DNA of 27,642 nt, from positions 1-27,642 of the IMG/VR virus record IMGVR_UViG_3300020045_005617; one strand, written 5' to 3'. The notes under the pieces are model-generated. The model worked only from the letters and a program-made list of their open reading frames with translations, made no database searches and had not been told where the DNA came from. Source of the DNA: a virus (lineage: Duplodnaviria > Caudoviricetes). A program made the position numbers and the translations under genes. Shown in pieces: positions 8,620 through 17,406 of this stretch. The stretch's first letter is position 1. Each line of letters opens with the position of its first letter.

Positions 8620-11159
8620 GTGGAATAACAAAATTTTGGCCAATTAGAGGCGCGGGTGGTGCAGGTAGTTTTCTTCGGTTAGATGGAACGAATGGACCAA
8701 TGACAGGACTATTCGGGTTAGCTGGGCCAGCGGTTGCAGCAAATCAACCAGTAACTCTGGCGCAATTGCAAGCGGCTGCTCTAGGAACTCCGCTCGGGTC
8801 TGTCCACGTAGTTTCAACGGTTCTCGATGGAAATATAGCTCTCACTGGTCCAGCTACGATCGATGGAGTCGTCGTTCCAAATGGCGAAAAGGTTCTTTTA
8901 GAGCATCAGACAGATCCGCTTGAAAATAGAATTTATGTTGTTAATACTGGTGGGGCTTGGACAGAAGCTGCGAGTTTGCCTGATGGATTCGATGCCCACG
9001 GTGCTTATGTTTCTGTAGTTGCTGGAGCAACTTATGCTTCTGAGTTTAGAATTTGTATTAGCGACCCTGCCATTGTCGGAACAGACGGACTGACTTGGAA
9101 CTTTCAAGCTGGTAATACTTATTTTGATGATGGTGTTACTACCATTTTAAATACAAATATATTTTCAATTCGTAACGGCGGGATCACGGACATCCACGTC
9201 AACGCTGCTGCTGCGATTGCTGGGACTAAAATTAGTCCAAACTTCGGTGCGCAGAACGTAGTCACAACCGGAGACGGAACTTTCCGTCATGTAAACATTG
9301 ATGGGACTGGAACGAATGGCTGGGTAAACCTACACGGTCAAACTAGCCCACCATCTAATGCGACAGCAATAGGTGACATTCGAATCTACGCAAACACTTC
9401 TGGATTCGGTGGATTCGGTGCGAAAACTGGAGGAGGACAGGCGGTTCAATTCAACATCGACCAAGTGAACACAGGCAATGCTGAAATTATTATTCAGGAT
9501 GAAACGTCGATCATAATGGCGAACGTCCCTGCGTCTGGGTTCGTAACTTCTGACGGTGCTACGCTTTCAAGTCAAGCATCGATAGACGCGTCACTCGATC
9601 TTTCTGGGATTGTACCTTATGGAAATGGTGGAACAAATGCTTCTACTGTTTGGACACCAGGGTCTAATATATTTGCCGGGGCAACTACATTCGCCGAAGA
9701 TAATGCAAACTGGTTTTATGACAATGCAACAAATCGAGTTGGTATCAGATCTGCCGCCGCTCCTCAATCCGCTTTAACTTTAGGAGCATTCCCTGCTTTC
9801 GGGACTCTATATCCAACTTTCGACGAGGCTGGCTTTGGTATAAGTTCATCAACGGCTGCGACTCCAACACAAATGATTATTGAAAACACAGTTGGGTTGG
9901 GATCAGCGAGGGGATCAAGCATAGCACTAGTTTCAAGAGCTGCTGCTTCGGTAACTCAAGGCGGTGATCGACTGGGGTCATTCCAATTTGGCGGTAATCC
10001 TTTGGCTGGATCATTGGTCAGAATGGGCGCAATAATTCAAGCGGATGCGGCGGCACTATGGACACCAACAAGTTGTGGAACGCATTTAAAATTTTTAACA
10101 ACGAATTTAGGAACGACAACTCCAGTCGAACACATGCGACTTTTCCCTGGTGGTAACCTGACAGTAGGTAACATAGTCACGTCTGCTTTCGGAACATTCA
10201 ACGTCTCCCCACTATCTACTAGTTCACAAGCTATGTATGTACGATCACTAGCGGGACAAACCGGAGACATGTACGTTGGCGCTGCGAGCACTGGGGTGAT
10301 GAACTTCAGAGTTTTGGCATCGGGTGAGGTCAGAGCGCCATCATTACTAATTAATGTCACGACTGGTGCTGGTTTTGTTGAATTGACAAACCAAACAGTA
10401 AACCCAGGCGGGATCATCGGTGCAAGCAGGGTATTCTCTGACACTTCTGGATTTTTAGGAATAGCTGGGTCATCTGGTTTCTCTGGTTTGTTCGATATGT
10501 CTGGATTAACCGCATCGAGAACTTATGAGTTCCAGGATGCCTCACAGATTTTAGGTAATGTTCCAACGATTCCAGGGTTCGTAAAATCATCCGGTACAAC
10601 TTTAACGTCAACATCATTTATTGATGCGGCTACAGACATTCAAGGAATTTTAGATACCACCAATGGAGGTACTGGACTATCCAGCATAATTGGTGATGCG
10701 GTGTTCTTTGCATCTTCTGGTTTCTTGTTTGCTCAAGATCCAACATTCACATATATCGATGGCACAAACACGTTATCGGCTACGAATATTACGGCTACCG
10801 CTAATTTAACCACTAACCATTTATTATCGGCTGGAACAAATCCAACGATTGTTAGAGGTGCTGGGTCTGGACCAACTTCGGTTGTTAGTGTTTCCGGTGA
10901 AGATATGGCTGGAACGGTAACGGTAGCGACTGCGGGTGGTCCATCTACCAACTCGATAATCTTTACACTTACTTTCGGAACCGCTTACGGCGCTGCACCA
11001 AAGGTTGTGTTTTCTCCTAGAAATAGAATCACGGCTGGGGTTAGCGCGAACCAAGCACCATTTGCCACGACAAGTGCGACTACTTTTACAATGACGTCAG
11101 GGTCGGTCGCTTTAACAAATAACGCTACCTTCGTTTGGGACTACCACGTTATTGGGTAA
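8616..11159 (+). CDS. Large fibre-like virion protein 2 (847 aa)
   Basis: NIALTGPATIDGV...KVLLEHQTDPLENRIYVV..GAWT fibre module; GGTN/GGTG shaft motifs; C-terminal TLTFGTAYGAAPKVVFSP tip-like domain. Confidence 0.8.
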   Translation: MSGITKFWPIRGAGGAGSFLRLDGTNGPMTGLFGLAGPAVAANQPVTLAQLQAAALGTPLGSVHVVSTVLDGNIALTGPATIDGVVVPNGEKVLLEHQTDPLENRIYVVNTGGAWTEAASLPDGFDAHGAYVSVVAGATYASEFRICISDPAIVGTDGLTWNFQAGNTYFDDGVTTILNTNIFSIRNGGITDIHVNAAAAIAGTKISPNFGAQNVVTTGDGTFRHVNIDGTGTNGWVNLHGQTSPPSNATAIGDIRIYANTSGFGGFGAKTGGGQAVQFNIDQVNTGNAEIIIQDETSIIMANVPASGFVTSDGATLSSQASIDASLDLSGIVPYGNGGTNASTVWTPGSNIFAGATTFAEDNANWFYDNATNRVGIRSAAAPQSALTLGAFPAFGTLYPTFDEAGFGISSSTAATPTQMIIENTVGLGSARGSSIALVSRAAASVTQGGDRLGSFQFGGNPLAGSLVRMGAIIQADAAALWTPTSCGTHLKFLTTNLGTTTPVEHMRLFPGGNLTVGNIVTSAFGTFNVSPLSTSSQAMYVRSLAGQTGDMYVGAASTGVMNFRVLASGEVRAPSLLINVTTGAGFVELTNQTVNPGGIIGASRVFSDTSGFLGIAGSSGFSGLFDMSGLTASRTYEFQDASQILGNVPTIPGFVKSSGTTLTSTSFIDAATDIQGILDTTNGGTGLSSIIGDAVFFASSGFLFAQDPTFTYIDGTNTLSATNITATANLTTNHLLSAGTNPTIVRGAGSGPTSVVSVSGEDMAGTVTVATAGGPSTNSIIFTLTFGTAYGAAPKVVFSPRNRITAGVSANQAPFATTSATTFTMTSGSVALTNNATFVWDYHVIG

Positions 11160-11214
11160 ACGGTTGCGAATAAATTAAAAATGGTAGAGAATCTTTTTAA
11201 GAAAAAGGAGACTT

Positions 11215-11481
11215 ATGAAAAATAAAAAACAAATCGTACCAACGTCTTATCAAATTAGTGAGCAAGAGCGAGTCGCTATTTTAAACACTCTAAATCAATT
11301 ACCTCGACAAGCTTCAAACGCATTGGCGAATTTTTTTGAAGGATTACCTCAGCGCGAACAAGCGAAGATTGCTGAAGTTAAGGTAAATCCTGAAGTAAAA
11401 AAAAATAGATCAGTAAATGGCATAGCAAAATCGTTTGCTCAAAAATCTAAAAAAGCATCGTCGGTTTCTAAAACTCAATGA
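11215..11481 (+). CDS. Hypothetical protein
   Basis: AAGGAG RBS, 88 aa, basic tail. Confidence 0.6.
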   Translation: MKNKKQIVPTSYQISEQERVAILNTLNQLPRQASNALANFFEGLPQREQAKIAEVKVNPEVKKNRSVNGIAKSFAQKSKKASSVSKTQ

Positions 11482-12092
11482 AGATTGCACGTCTGGGGTT
11501 AATCCTTTCACTGGTCGTGCTTGGCGCGGGTTTTGCTTCGAAGCGTCCCGTAGTTTATGAGCCTTCGGATGATTCGGCAACTCCTGCGCCCACTACCATT
11601 GAGGGAATTCCAGACGAGCGACATGCAATTTTTAATCCTCTCCGCTACCATACGGCTGAAGATATAAAGGCGGTCGAGAAAGCTGAGGTTTTAGTAAACG
11701 CTGCGATTAATTCAAAGTGTTTATATGACTTTCTGCTTTCTCGGCCTCTAGTTCAAACATACGGTAAAACACCTAAAGAGGTAATAGGGCATATTCGATC
11801 GACCTATGGGTTGACAACTCCTGTTGAAATGTACGCAAAATGGTACTCAACAACTATTGGTTATACTTCGCCGCCTGAATTGACGATTTATACTAATAGA
11901 AAATTTCATGCTCGCACAAATTCATGTGACCGTGCTAGTAACTTGGGTCATGAGTGGCTTCACATTTTAGGATATACGCACGACTATGCGGCAACGAGAC
12001 AGCGACAATATTCAGTGAATTATTCTTTTAATGCCGCGATGGAAAAATGCTGTAAATGTAAATCGATTTTAGATTGTAGAATGGAATTATAA
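11478..12092 (+). CDS. Secreted/membrane-anchored zinc metallopeptidase (metzincin-type motif)
   Basis: N-terminal signal sequence; HEWLHILGYTH fits HExxHxxGxxH. Confidence 0.75.
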   Translation: MKIARLGLILSLVVLGAGFASKRPVVYEPSDDSATPAPTTIEGIPDERHAIFNPLRYHTAEDIKAVEKAEVLVNAAINSKCLYDFLLSRPLVQTYGKTPKEVIGHIRSTYGLTTPVEMYAKWYSTTIGYTSPPELTIYTNRKFHARTNSCDRASNLGHEWLHILGYTHDYAATRQRQYSVNYSFNAAMEKCCKCKSILDCRMEL

Positions 12093-12093
12093 A

Positions 12094-12384
12094 ATGAGAA
12101 TAGCAAAAGGCGTTATCGGCAAGTTGTCAGATCTTCATAAGGACAAGTTTTTATATAATGAGCCGAGTATCGTTAAGAAAGTCGACTACACAAATAGTTA
12201 TCAAAACATAAAGCCGTTGACCGAGTGGGAGTTAATGAGATTCAAGGCGAGAAAGCTAGAAAAACATAATAGTAAATTCGGGAATAAAAGGCACTACTAC
12301 AGATCACAAAAACAGTGCAAAGCTATTATCGAAAAACATGAGGCTCAAAATGGGGCACAGTCATCATCAGGGATTAAATCATAA
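12094..12384 (+). CDS. Basic hypothetical protein
   Basis: 96 aa, 1 nt after the previous stop; converges on and overlaps the minus-strand operon. Confidence 0.5.
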   Translation: MRIAKGVIGKLSDLHKDKFLYNEPSIVKKVDYTNSYQNIKPLTEWELMRFKARKLEKHNSKFGNKRHYYRSQKQCKAIIEKHEAQNGAQSSSGIKS

Positions 12385-12779
12385 GGATACGGTGGAGGTT
12401 CATTTTCTGAGTAGGCTTTTGGTGCGAGCTTTATATCCGATGGGGGTATCGGTGAAAAATCTGCGTCATCTTCAAATGCTTTTGGGTCTGCTTTTAAGAC
12501 TTTGTAATCGATTCTTTTTCGTTCTATGGATTCTATCGCTGGCTCTAGCTTTGGTGGGCTTATTATCAGTGTCGACGTTAATGTTGGGCTATCTTCTTTC
12601 TTAAACTCACCCATGTAGTCAGCGTGATAATCTCGCTCATGACGGTTCATCCATAAAGAATAATTTTTATTTCGAGGCCATTCGCCAGCGGGGCATGAAC
12701 ACTTAAAGACGTAGATATATCCTGAATCCTTTTTAACCGCGACAATACCGCCCGATGATCTACAAAAGTGGCAGCTCAC
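12345..12779 (-). CDS. Zn-finger protein (CxxC...CxC) with acidic/Pro-rich tail
   Basis: SCHFCRSSG...FKCSCPAG; start overlaps the upstream stop; ends DDDCAPF. Confidence 0.6.
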   Translation of the reverse strand: MSCHFCRSSGGIVAVKKDSGYIYVFKCSCPAGEWPRNKNYSLWMNRHERDYHADYMGEFKKEDSPTLTSTLIISPPKLEPAIESIERKRIDYKVLKADPKAFEDDADFSPIPPSDIKLAPKAYSENEPPPYPYDLIPDDDCAPF

Positions 12780-13072
12780 TATTCAAAAACCTGATCGAGC
12801 GCATTTTCTATCGACGATTCGAGTTCCCAAAGTTTAGTTTGTAGACTTTCTAGCTTCCCAAATTCCGCATCAAAAAGAGAACTGAATTTGTTCGAATAAA
12901 GGTCTTTAATAAACTTCTCTTGAATTTGTTGAATATCCCACTTGATCGACTCTATCGTTTCGTGGGATAGTTTTTTTCCTAGATGTTTTTGTAAAATAGG
13001 ATTCATTTCGTAACAAAAATCGTCATGTGCTTTCGCCAATATTTTTAAAGATGATTTCTTTTTAGTTTTCAT
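12779..13072 (-). CDS. Hypothetical protein
   Basis: 97 aa, translationally coupled at both ends. Confidence 0.6.
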   Translation of the reverse strand: MKTKKKSSLKILAKAHDDFCYEMNPILQKHLGKKLSHETIESIKWDIQQIQEKFIKDLYSNKFSSLFDAEFGKLESLQTKLWELESSIENALDQVFE

Positions 13073-13287
13073 GACGCTAATCTCACAAAGATGGCCTCTA
13101 AAATTAAGGTGCGTTCGTCGTTAGTTAATTGGGTGATGCCATCAACCCATGTTGTGATGCTAACGCGGTCTGTTTCGCCAGCCATCTTTCTAAAGAACTT
13201 ATCGGTATAATATTGAACGACTTCGTTTGTGTCATGAATGAAGCTTATTGTGCTTGGGTGTAGGTTCATTTTACGCCTCGCTCCCAA
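13069..13287 (-). CDS. Hypothetical protein
   Basis: Coupled in the operon; start may be the ATG near 13269. Confidence 0.55.
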   Translation of the reverse strand: MGARRKMNLHPSTISFIHDTNEVVQYYTDKFFRKMAGETDRVSITTWVDGITQLTNDERTLILEAIFVRLAS

Positions 13288-13516
13288 CTTGATTTAAAAA
13301 ATAATCTAATTGTAGAAAGGCATCGCGGATTTGATTGCCAAGTGTTGTCGCATTGTAGTGTCCATATTGAAGATCATCTTTGTTAACTAAATGGTAAATG
13401 CCATAATCAATCATCTGAGTAAACGCGCTGCTTTTTGATAGTCGTGATGTAACATAAATGCATGATTTATTTTCTTTTAAAATTTTTATTTGTTTACTTG
13501 TGAGCTTCATTTTCAT
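13271..13516 (-). CDS. Hypothetical protein (81 aa, shorter than ORF-track call)
   Basis: AAAGGG RBS before ATG 13516 and a promoter-like sequence just upstream. Confidence 0.55.
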   Translation of the reverse strand: MKMKLTSKQIKILKENKSCIYVTSRLSKSSAFTQMIDYGIYHLVNKDDLQYGHYNATTLGNQIRDAFLQLDYFLNQVGSEA

Positions 13517-13551
13517 TGTTCCCTTTACATTTAAAAAGTATTTACTCAACC

Positions 13552-13580
13552 ATTGTAACACGATGCGTATATAAATGGAA
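13552..13580 (-). promoter_or_regulatory. Sigma70-like promoter with extended -10
   Basis: TTCCAT-N17-TACAAT with TGn extension on the minus strand. Confidence 0.45.
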
Positions 13581-13706
13581 GTTAAATAAACCCATGTTTG
13601 ACCTTCGTCTACGATGCAATTTAAGCATGCCTTCTGTTTTACTAGCATTACCTCGTGTTCCTAAAACAAATCAATCCTGGGCTAATTGTGGAAGGCGTTG
13701 GTTAAA

Positions 13707-14885
13707 TTAGATCAGTTGAGCTTTCTGCCCGGTATACTTTTCCCACCTGGCTACAATCACGTCGCAGTAGTGTGGGTCTAATTCCATTAATCTTGCGCTT
13801 CTATTTTCTGTTTCTGCGCCGATAAGCGTAGCCCCCGAGCCGCCGAAAAGGTCTAGAACAATTCCATTTTTAGGACATGAATTTCTAATTGTTCTTTTAC
13901 TTAATTCAACTGGTTTCTGTGTCGGGTGAAATTCATTTTTAGACTCCCTTTTTTCATCCCAAACGGATACTTCATTTGTTGGTCCATCCCAAAATGGAGA
14001 TTGGCCTTTCTTGTAAGCATACAAGCATGGTTCGTGTTTCTGCTTGTACTGCGCGCCAATTGCCCCAAATTGTGCCATGTTCTTATTCCAGATTAACCAA
14101 CTACGAATCTCATACCCATTATCTTGAAGCACTTGAAGCGATTTAGTTGCAGCAAACCACAAGTAAAGTGCCGCTTTAGGTTTCGAAAAATTAAACATCA
14201 TCGGTACAGAATCATTATAAATCAATGTACTATCATCATTGGCTAGTTTTTCCCTTCGGATACCTTTATCCGCATGACCGCCATCATAGCTAACGCCATA
14301 AGGCGGGTCAGTAAACACAAGGTCTGCTAATTCATAACGCATTGGCTTCTCAACGGCATCAATCGAAGTAGAGTCACCACACATCAGCCGATGATTCCCA
14401 AGTTGATAAATGTCGCCGAGCTTTGTTCTTGGCTCAACGCGCTCCGGCACATCGTCCTCGTCGCACATGGGTATGACGGTTGGCTCTAATACTAGATCAG
14501 GGATACCTAAATTCTCCAGATCGAAGTCATCTCCAAGGTTAGGGATTTCAGTATTGATCTTTGATCGATCTAGCTCGGCCTGTAGAGCAACTGCGTTATC
14601 CGCTACCACGTGGCTGTACTCCATCGCTGGGGAATCGAAGTCTTGAAAGTCTACGGCGATTGTTTCAGATCCAGCTAACTTCGCGGCCATCAATGTTCCG
14701 TGACCAGTAACTATAAACCCCGATTGATTTGAAATGATGATTGGTTTTCTTTGACCTTGGTAATTTAATATTTTAGCAAACTGCTCTAACTGCTTCGGTG
14801 AATGATCATTCGGGTTCTTTGGGTTCGGTATAATCTTTGGATCATTAATTTCTAAAAGATTGCTGTAGCTACATTTGATTTTCAT
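13707..14885 (-). CDS. ParB/Srx-like N-terminal domain fused to N6A/N4C DNA methyltransferase (beta order)
   Basis: PNPKNPNDH...IVTGHGTLMAAK ParB-like region; DPPY catalytic motif, HPTQKP and VLDLFGGSG SAM-binding motif. Confidence 0.9.
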   Translation of the reverse strand: MKIKCSYSNLLEINDPKIIPNPKNPNDHSPKQLEQFAKILNYQGQRKPIIISNQSGFIVTGHGTLMAAKLAGSETIAVDFQDFDSPAMEYSHVVADNAVALQAELDRSKINTEIPNLGDDFDLENLGIPDLVLEPTVIPMCDEDDVPERVEPRTKLGDIYQLGNHRLMCGDSTSIDAVEKPMRYELADLVFTDPPYGVSYDGGHADKGIRREKLANDDSTLIYNDSVPMMFNFSKPKAALYLWFAATKSLQVLQDNGYEIRSWLIWNKNMAQFGAIGAQYKQKHEPCLYAYKKGQSPFWDGPTNEVSVWDEKRESKNEFHPTQKPVELSKRTIRNSCPKNGIVLDLFGGSGATLIGAETENRSARLMELDPHYCDVIVARWEKYTGQKAQLI

Positions 14886-15030
14886 TTGGTCATAAGATTA
14901 TTAATTAAGAATTAAGTCAAAGAATCTTTCGGAAGTTATTATCATAACTATTTTCGGAAGAAGTAGGATTAATTAAACAAATGATAAATAGAAACTATGT
15001 AACCAGAGAGAACGGAGCGATGGCCAAGAG

Positions 15031-15460
15031 GTTTCTTATTCCCTGATTCTAAAAGTTTATAAAAATAAACTTCCCCTGTATTCGAATTAACGTTCTTACT
15101 CGTCCGAGTTTTATCAGCACTATGGCGTACTGGTTGAACTCGCTATCTCATCTTGTAACCACTTAAAAAGTGTACTATGATGATTCTCAGAGGCTTGGGT
15201 GCGATTGCGCGTTAACGCTTTCCGAGTGGAGGACGAGTTCATGTAAACCGTAATCTCCAGGCACTGCCTCTAAACTTTGTAACCGTCGGTCACATCGCTT
15301 CAGCCCATGCAATGATTAAGCCGAGTGGGTCGCCTAATCTGTGATCCAGAATCGTATTGATTCTTTTGCTTCCCGAGGAAGCCATTTCACCCGATGCCCG
15401 ATGAAACTTTCTGAGCTGCATGTCCCAGTCGAATCAGAATAGATCAAGATCGAAAGAAAC
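15031..15460 (-). ncRNA. Candidate large structured ncRNA (~430 nt), family unknown
   Basis: No ORF of 60 aa or more; 17-bp interrupted terminal helix (15031-15049 with 15431-15460) enclosing several hairpins; a G-U pair favours the minus strand. Confidence 0.6.
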
Positions 15461-15529
15461 TAAATAAAGCATTATTTTTTGAGTACATTGTCTAATAATA
15501 ACGTAATGAAACGTCGCGTCGTGGCGGGT

Positions 15530-15575
15530 AGCATCAAAATAAACGTTTACAAAGTCAAAGTTTTGTCATAGTCAT
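15530..15575. promoter_or_regulatory. Overlapping divergent promoter-like region
   Basis: Minus strand TTGACT(15558-15553)-N17-GATGCT; plus strand TTTACA at 15546 upstream of the exonuclease RBS. The -10 boxes are weak. Confidence 0.35.
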
Positions 15576-15594
15576 TCCTTATCGAAAGGAAATT

Positions 15595-16512
15595 ATGAAA
15601 AATCAAACATACAGATTAGTAGAACTAGAGCAAAATAGTCCGGCATGGCTAGAATTCAGAAAAGGCAAGATCGGGGGGTCGGACATTCCGATCATCGCTG
15701 AAGTCGATGGTGCTTATAAATCTAGGGCAGACCTCCTCCACGAAAAGATCACAGGTGAATCAAAGCCTGTTTCCGAGTTCACGCAGAAGCTCTTTCAAGA
15801 GGGTCACGACTGGGAGCCCATCATTCGCGATGAAGTGAATCATAAGTATGAGAAGCATTTTGTCCCGACCGTAGTTCAGTCAGTCGAATACCCGCACTTC
15901 TTTACATCACTAGATGGGTTCGACGAAGTCGATGGATCAATCCTAGAAGTCAAGACGACTCAGACCGATAAGATCACCGATCTAATCAAGACGGGAATAG
16001 TTCCTAAAAATTGGTACGCACAAGTTCAATGGCAGCTCTTCATCACGAATTCAACTATGGCGATGGTTGCCGCATTAGATATTAGAACAAAACATCTTCA
16101 CGATCCAATTAGGATTAATCGCGATGAAGTTTATATTGTTCTTTTGAAGGAAGCAGCTCAGAAATTCTACGAGGAAATGAGCACAGCGGTTTCCCCATAT
16201 CAACAACTTGAATCAATTGAGATGAGAACAATCGCATCGACGAAAGTTAATATAAAAGAATTCCAAAAGATGATCGATGATGCCGAAGACAAAATTAAAT
16301 TGATCGCGGAAGATCTTTTAAGGAAATATAAAGCGACAAAGATAGTAGGATGCGGAGTTCAAATTGAAACAATCAACCGTCAAGGGAATGTGGACTATTC
16401 AAAAATAGGAGTATTAAAAACGATAGATTTAGAAAAGTATCGTAAGAAAGGTTCGACTTACGTTAAAATAACCGAACTAAAACCATCGAAAGGAAAAATA
16501 GAAAATGAATAA
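15595..16512 (+). CDS. YqaJ-like viral recombinase exonuclease (lambda-Exo family)
   Basis: LEQNSPAWLEFRKGKIGGSD, GHDWEP, SLDG, ILEVKT, WYAQVQWQL motifs. Confidence 0.9.
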   Translation: MKNQTYRLVELEQNSPAWLEFRKGKIGGSDIPIIAEVDGAYKSRADLLHEKITGESKPVSEFTQKLFQEGHDWEPIIRDEVNHKYEKHFVPTVVQSVEYPHFFTSLDGFDEVDGSILEVKTTQTDKITDLIKTGIVPKNWYAQVQWQLFITNSTMAMVAALDIRTKHLHDPIRINRDEVYIVLLKEAAQKFYEEMSTAVSPYQQLESIEMRTIASTKVNIKEFQKMIDDAEDKIKLIAEDLLRKYKATKIVGCGVQIETINRQGNVDYSKIGVLKTIDLEKYRKKGSTYVKITELKPSKGKIENE

Positions 16513-17347
16513 TCAGCAGGTATCAATTATAGAACAGGTAATGATTAAGGGAGACTTATCAGTCTTAGACCCAGGGCAAAGGGTACAATATTATAATGCA
16601 GTTTGCGACTCAGTAGGATTAAATCCTTTAACGAAACCATTCGACTATATCGTACTAGGTGGAAAGTTAGTCCTTTACGCGAATAAAGGAGCTGGTGAGC
16701 AGCTTAGACAGCGACACGGTATTTCGTTAAAGATAACCGATAAACAAAAGATCGACGACGTTTATGTAGTTACCGCCGAGGCAGTAGGAAAAGATGGGCG
16801 GGTTGACTCCGCTACAGGAGCCGTATCCGTCGCAGGATTAAAGGGTGAGCAGTTAGCTAACGCTTTTATGAAAACAGAAACAAAAGCGAAACGTCGAGTC
16901 ACGCTTTCAATATGTGGATTAAATATGCTCGACGAAACTGAAGTAGAAAACATAGGAGAAAAACAGAATGAAAAAAAGCAAATCGCAAACGCAAGTACCA
17001 CCAAGCTTAGTGTCGATACACCAGGGGCTTTACAAAGCGGCCAAACAGGTGGAGCAAGACCTGAGAGTAGCAATCACGTTATCGACGAACCAGAAACAGC
17101 AGCAGATACTACTAACAACCTATCTAACGGTGACACAAATCCATGTAGCGCTGGCAGCACTATTGGTAGTTACAGAATCCCGTTTGGAAACAACAAAGGC
17201 CAAACCCTCATCGAAGCGGGTTACGAAGCGGTTTGTAGTACCTACGACTGGCTTAAAGGTGAGGAAGAAAAAGGTAAACCACTCAAGGGCGCTGGCCTAG
17301 AGTTTATCAAGCAAGCGGAACTTTGTTTTCCGCATATTAAGAATTAA
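16505..17347 (+). CDS. Single-strand annealing protein (RecT/Bet-like)
   Basis: GLNPLTKPF...ANAFMKTETKAKRRVTLSICGL; paired with YqaJ; C-terminal IPFGNNKGQTL motif. Confidence 0.75.
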   Translation: MNNQQVSIIEQVMIKGDLSVLDPGQRVQYYNAVCDSVGLNPLTKPFDYIVLGGKLVLYANKGAGEQLRQRHGISLKITDKQKIDDVYVVTAEAVGKDGRVDSATGAVSVAGLKGEQLANAFMKTETKAKRRVTLSICGLNMLDETEVENIGEKQNEKKQIANASTTKLSVDTPGALQSGQTGGARPESSNHVIDEPETAADTTNNLSNGDTNPCSAGSTIGSYRIPFGNNKGQTLIEAGYEAVCSTYDWLKGEEEKGKPLKGAGLEFIKQAELCFPHIKN

Positions 17348-17354
17348 TAAACTT

Positions 17355-17400
17355 TCGACTATTGGCATTCTATTTTATAGATTTCCTTTCGAGTAGTCGA
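17355..17400 (+). promoter_or_regulatory. Hairpin with loop antisense to the recombination-gene RBSs
   Basis: Stem TCGACTAT/GTAGTCGA; ATTTCCTTTCGA (17381-17392) is the reverse complement of 15582-15593. Confidence 0.55.
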
Positions 17401-17406
17401 TCATTG

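Noticed and set aside
5069-11054. Multiple antisense or alternate-frame ORFs inside the fibre genes
   Set aside because: No RBS or motifs; typical shadows of long coding frames.
4827-11159. Diversity-generating retroelement acting on the fibre tips
   Set aside because: No reverse transcriptase and no adenine-mismatched TR/VR pair seen in the window.
13517-13648. N-terminal extension of ORF 13271..13648
   Set aside because: It contains a promoter-like sequence, and a better RBS precedes ATG 13516.
14123-14139. Short tandem repeat CTTGAAGC-A-CTTGAAGC in the methyltransferase (LQVLQ)
   Set aside because: Two in-frame units only; too short to support contingency-locus behaviour.
15090-15120. 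Hammerhead-like CUGAUAA...hairpin in the candidate RNA
   Set aside because: Does not match CUGANGA and lacks the GAAA core after stem II.
15290-15421. 43-aa minus-strand ORF (MQLRKFHRASG...) in the large gap
   Set aside because: No convincing RBS or protein-like features; the region is better explained by RNA structure.
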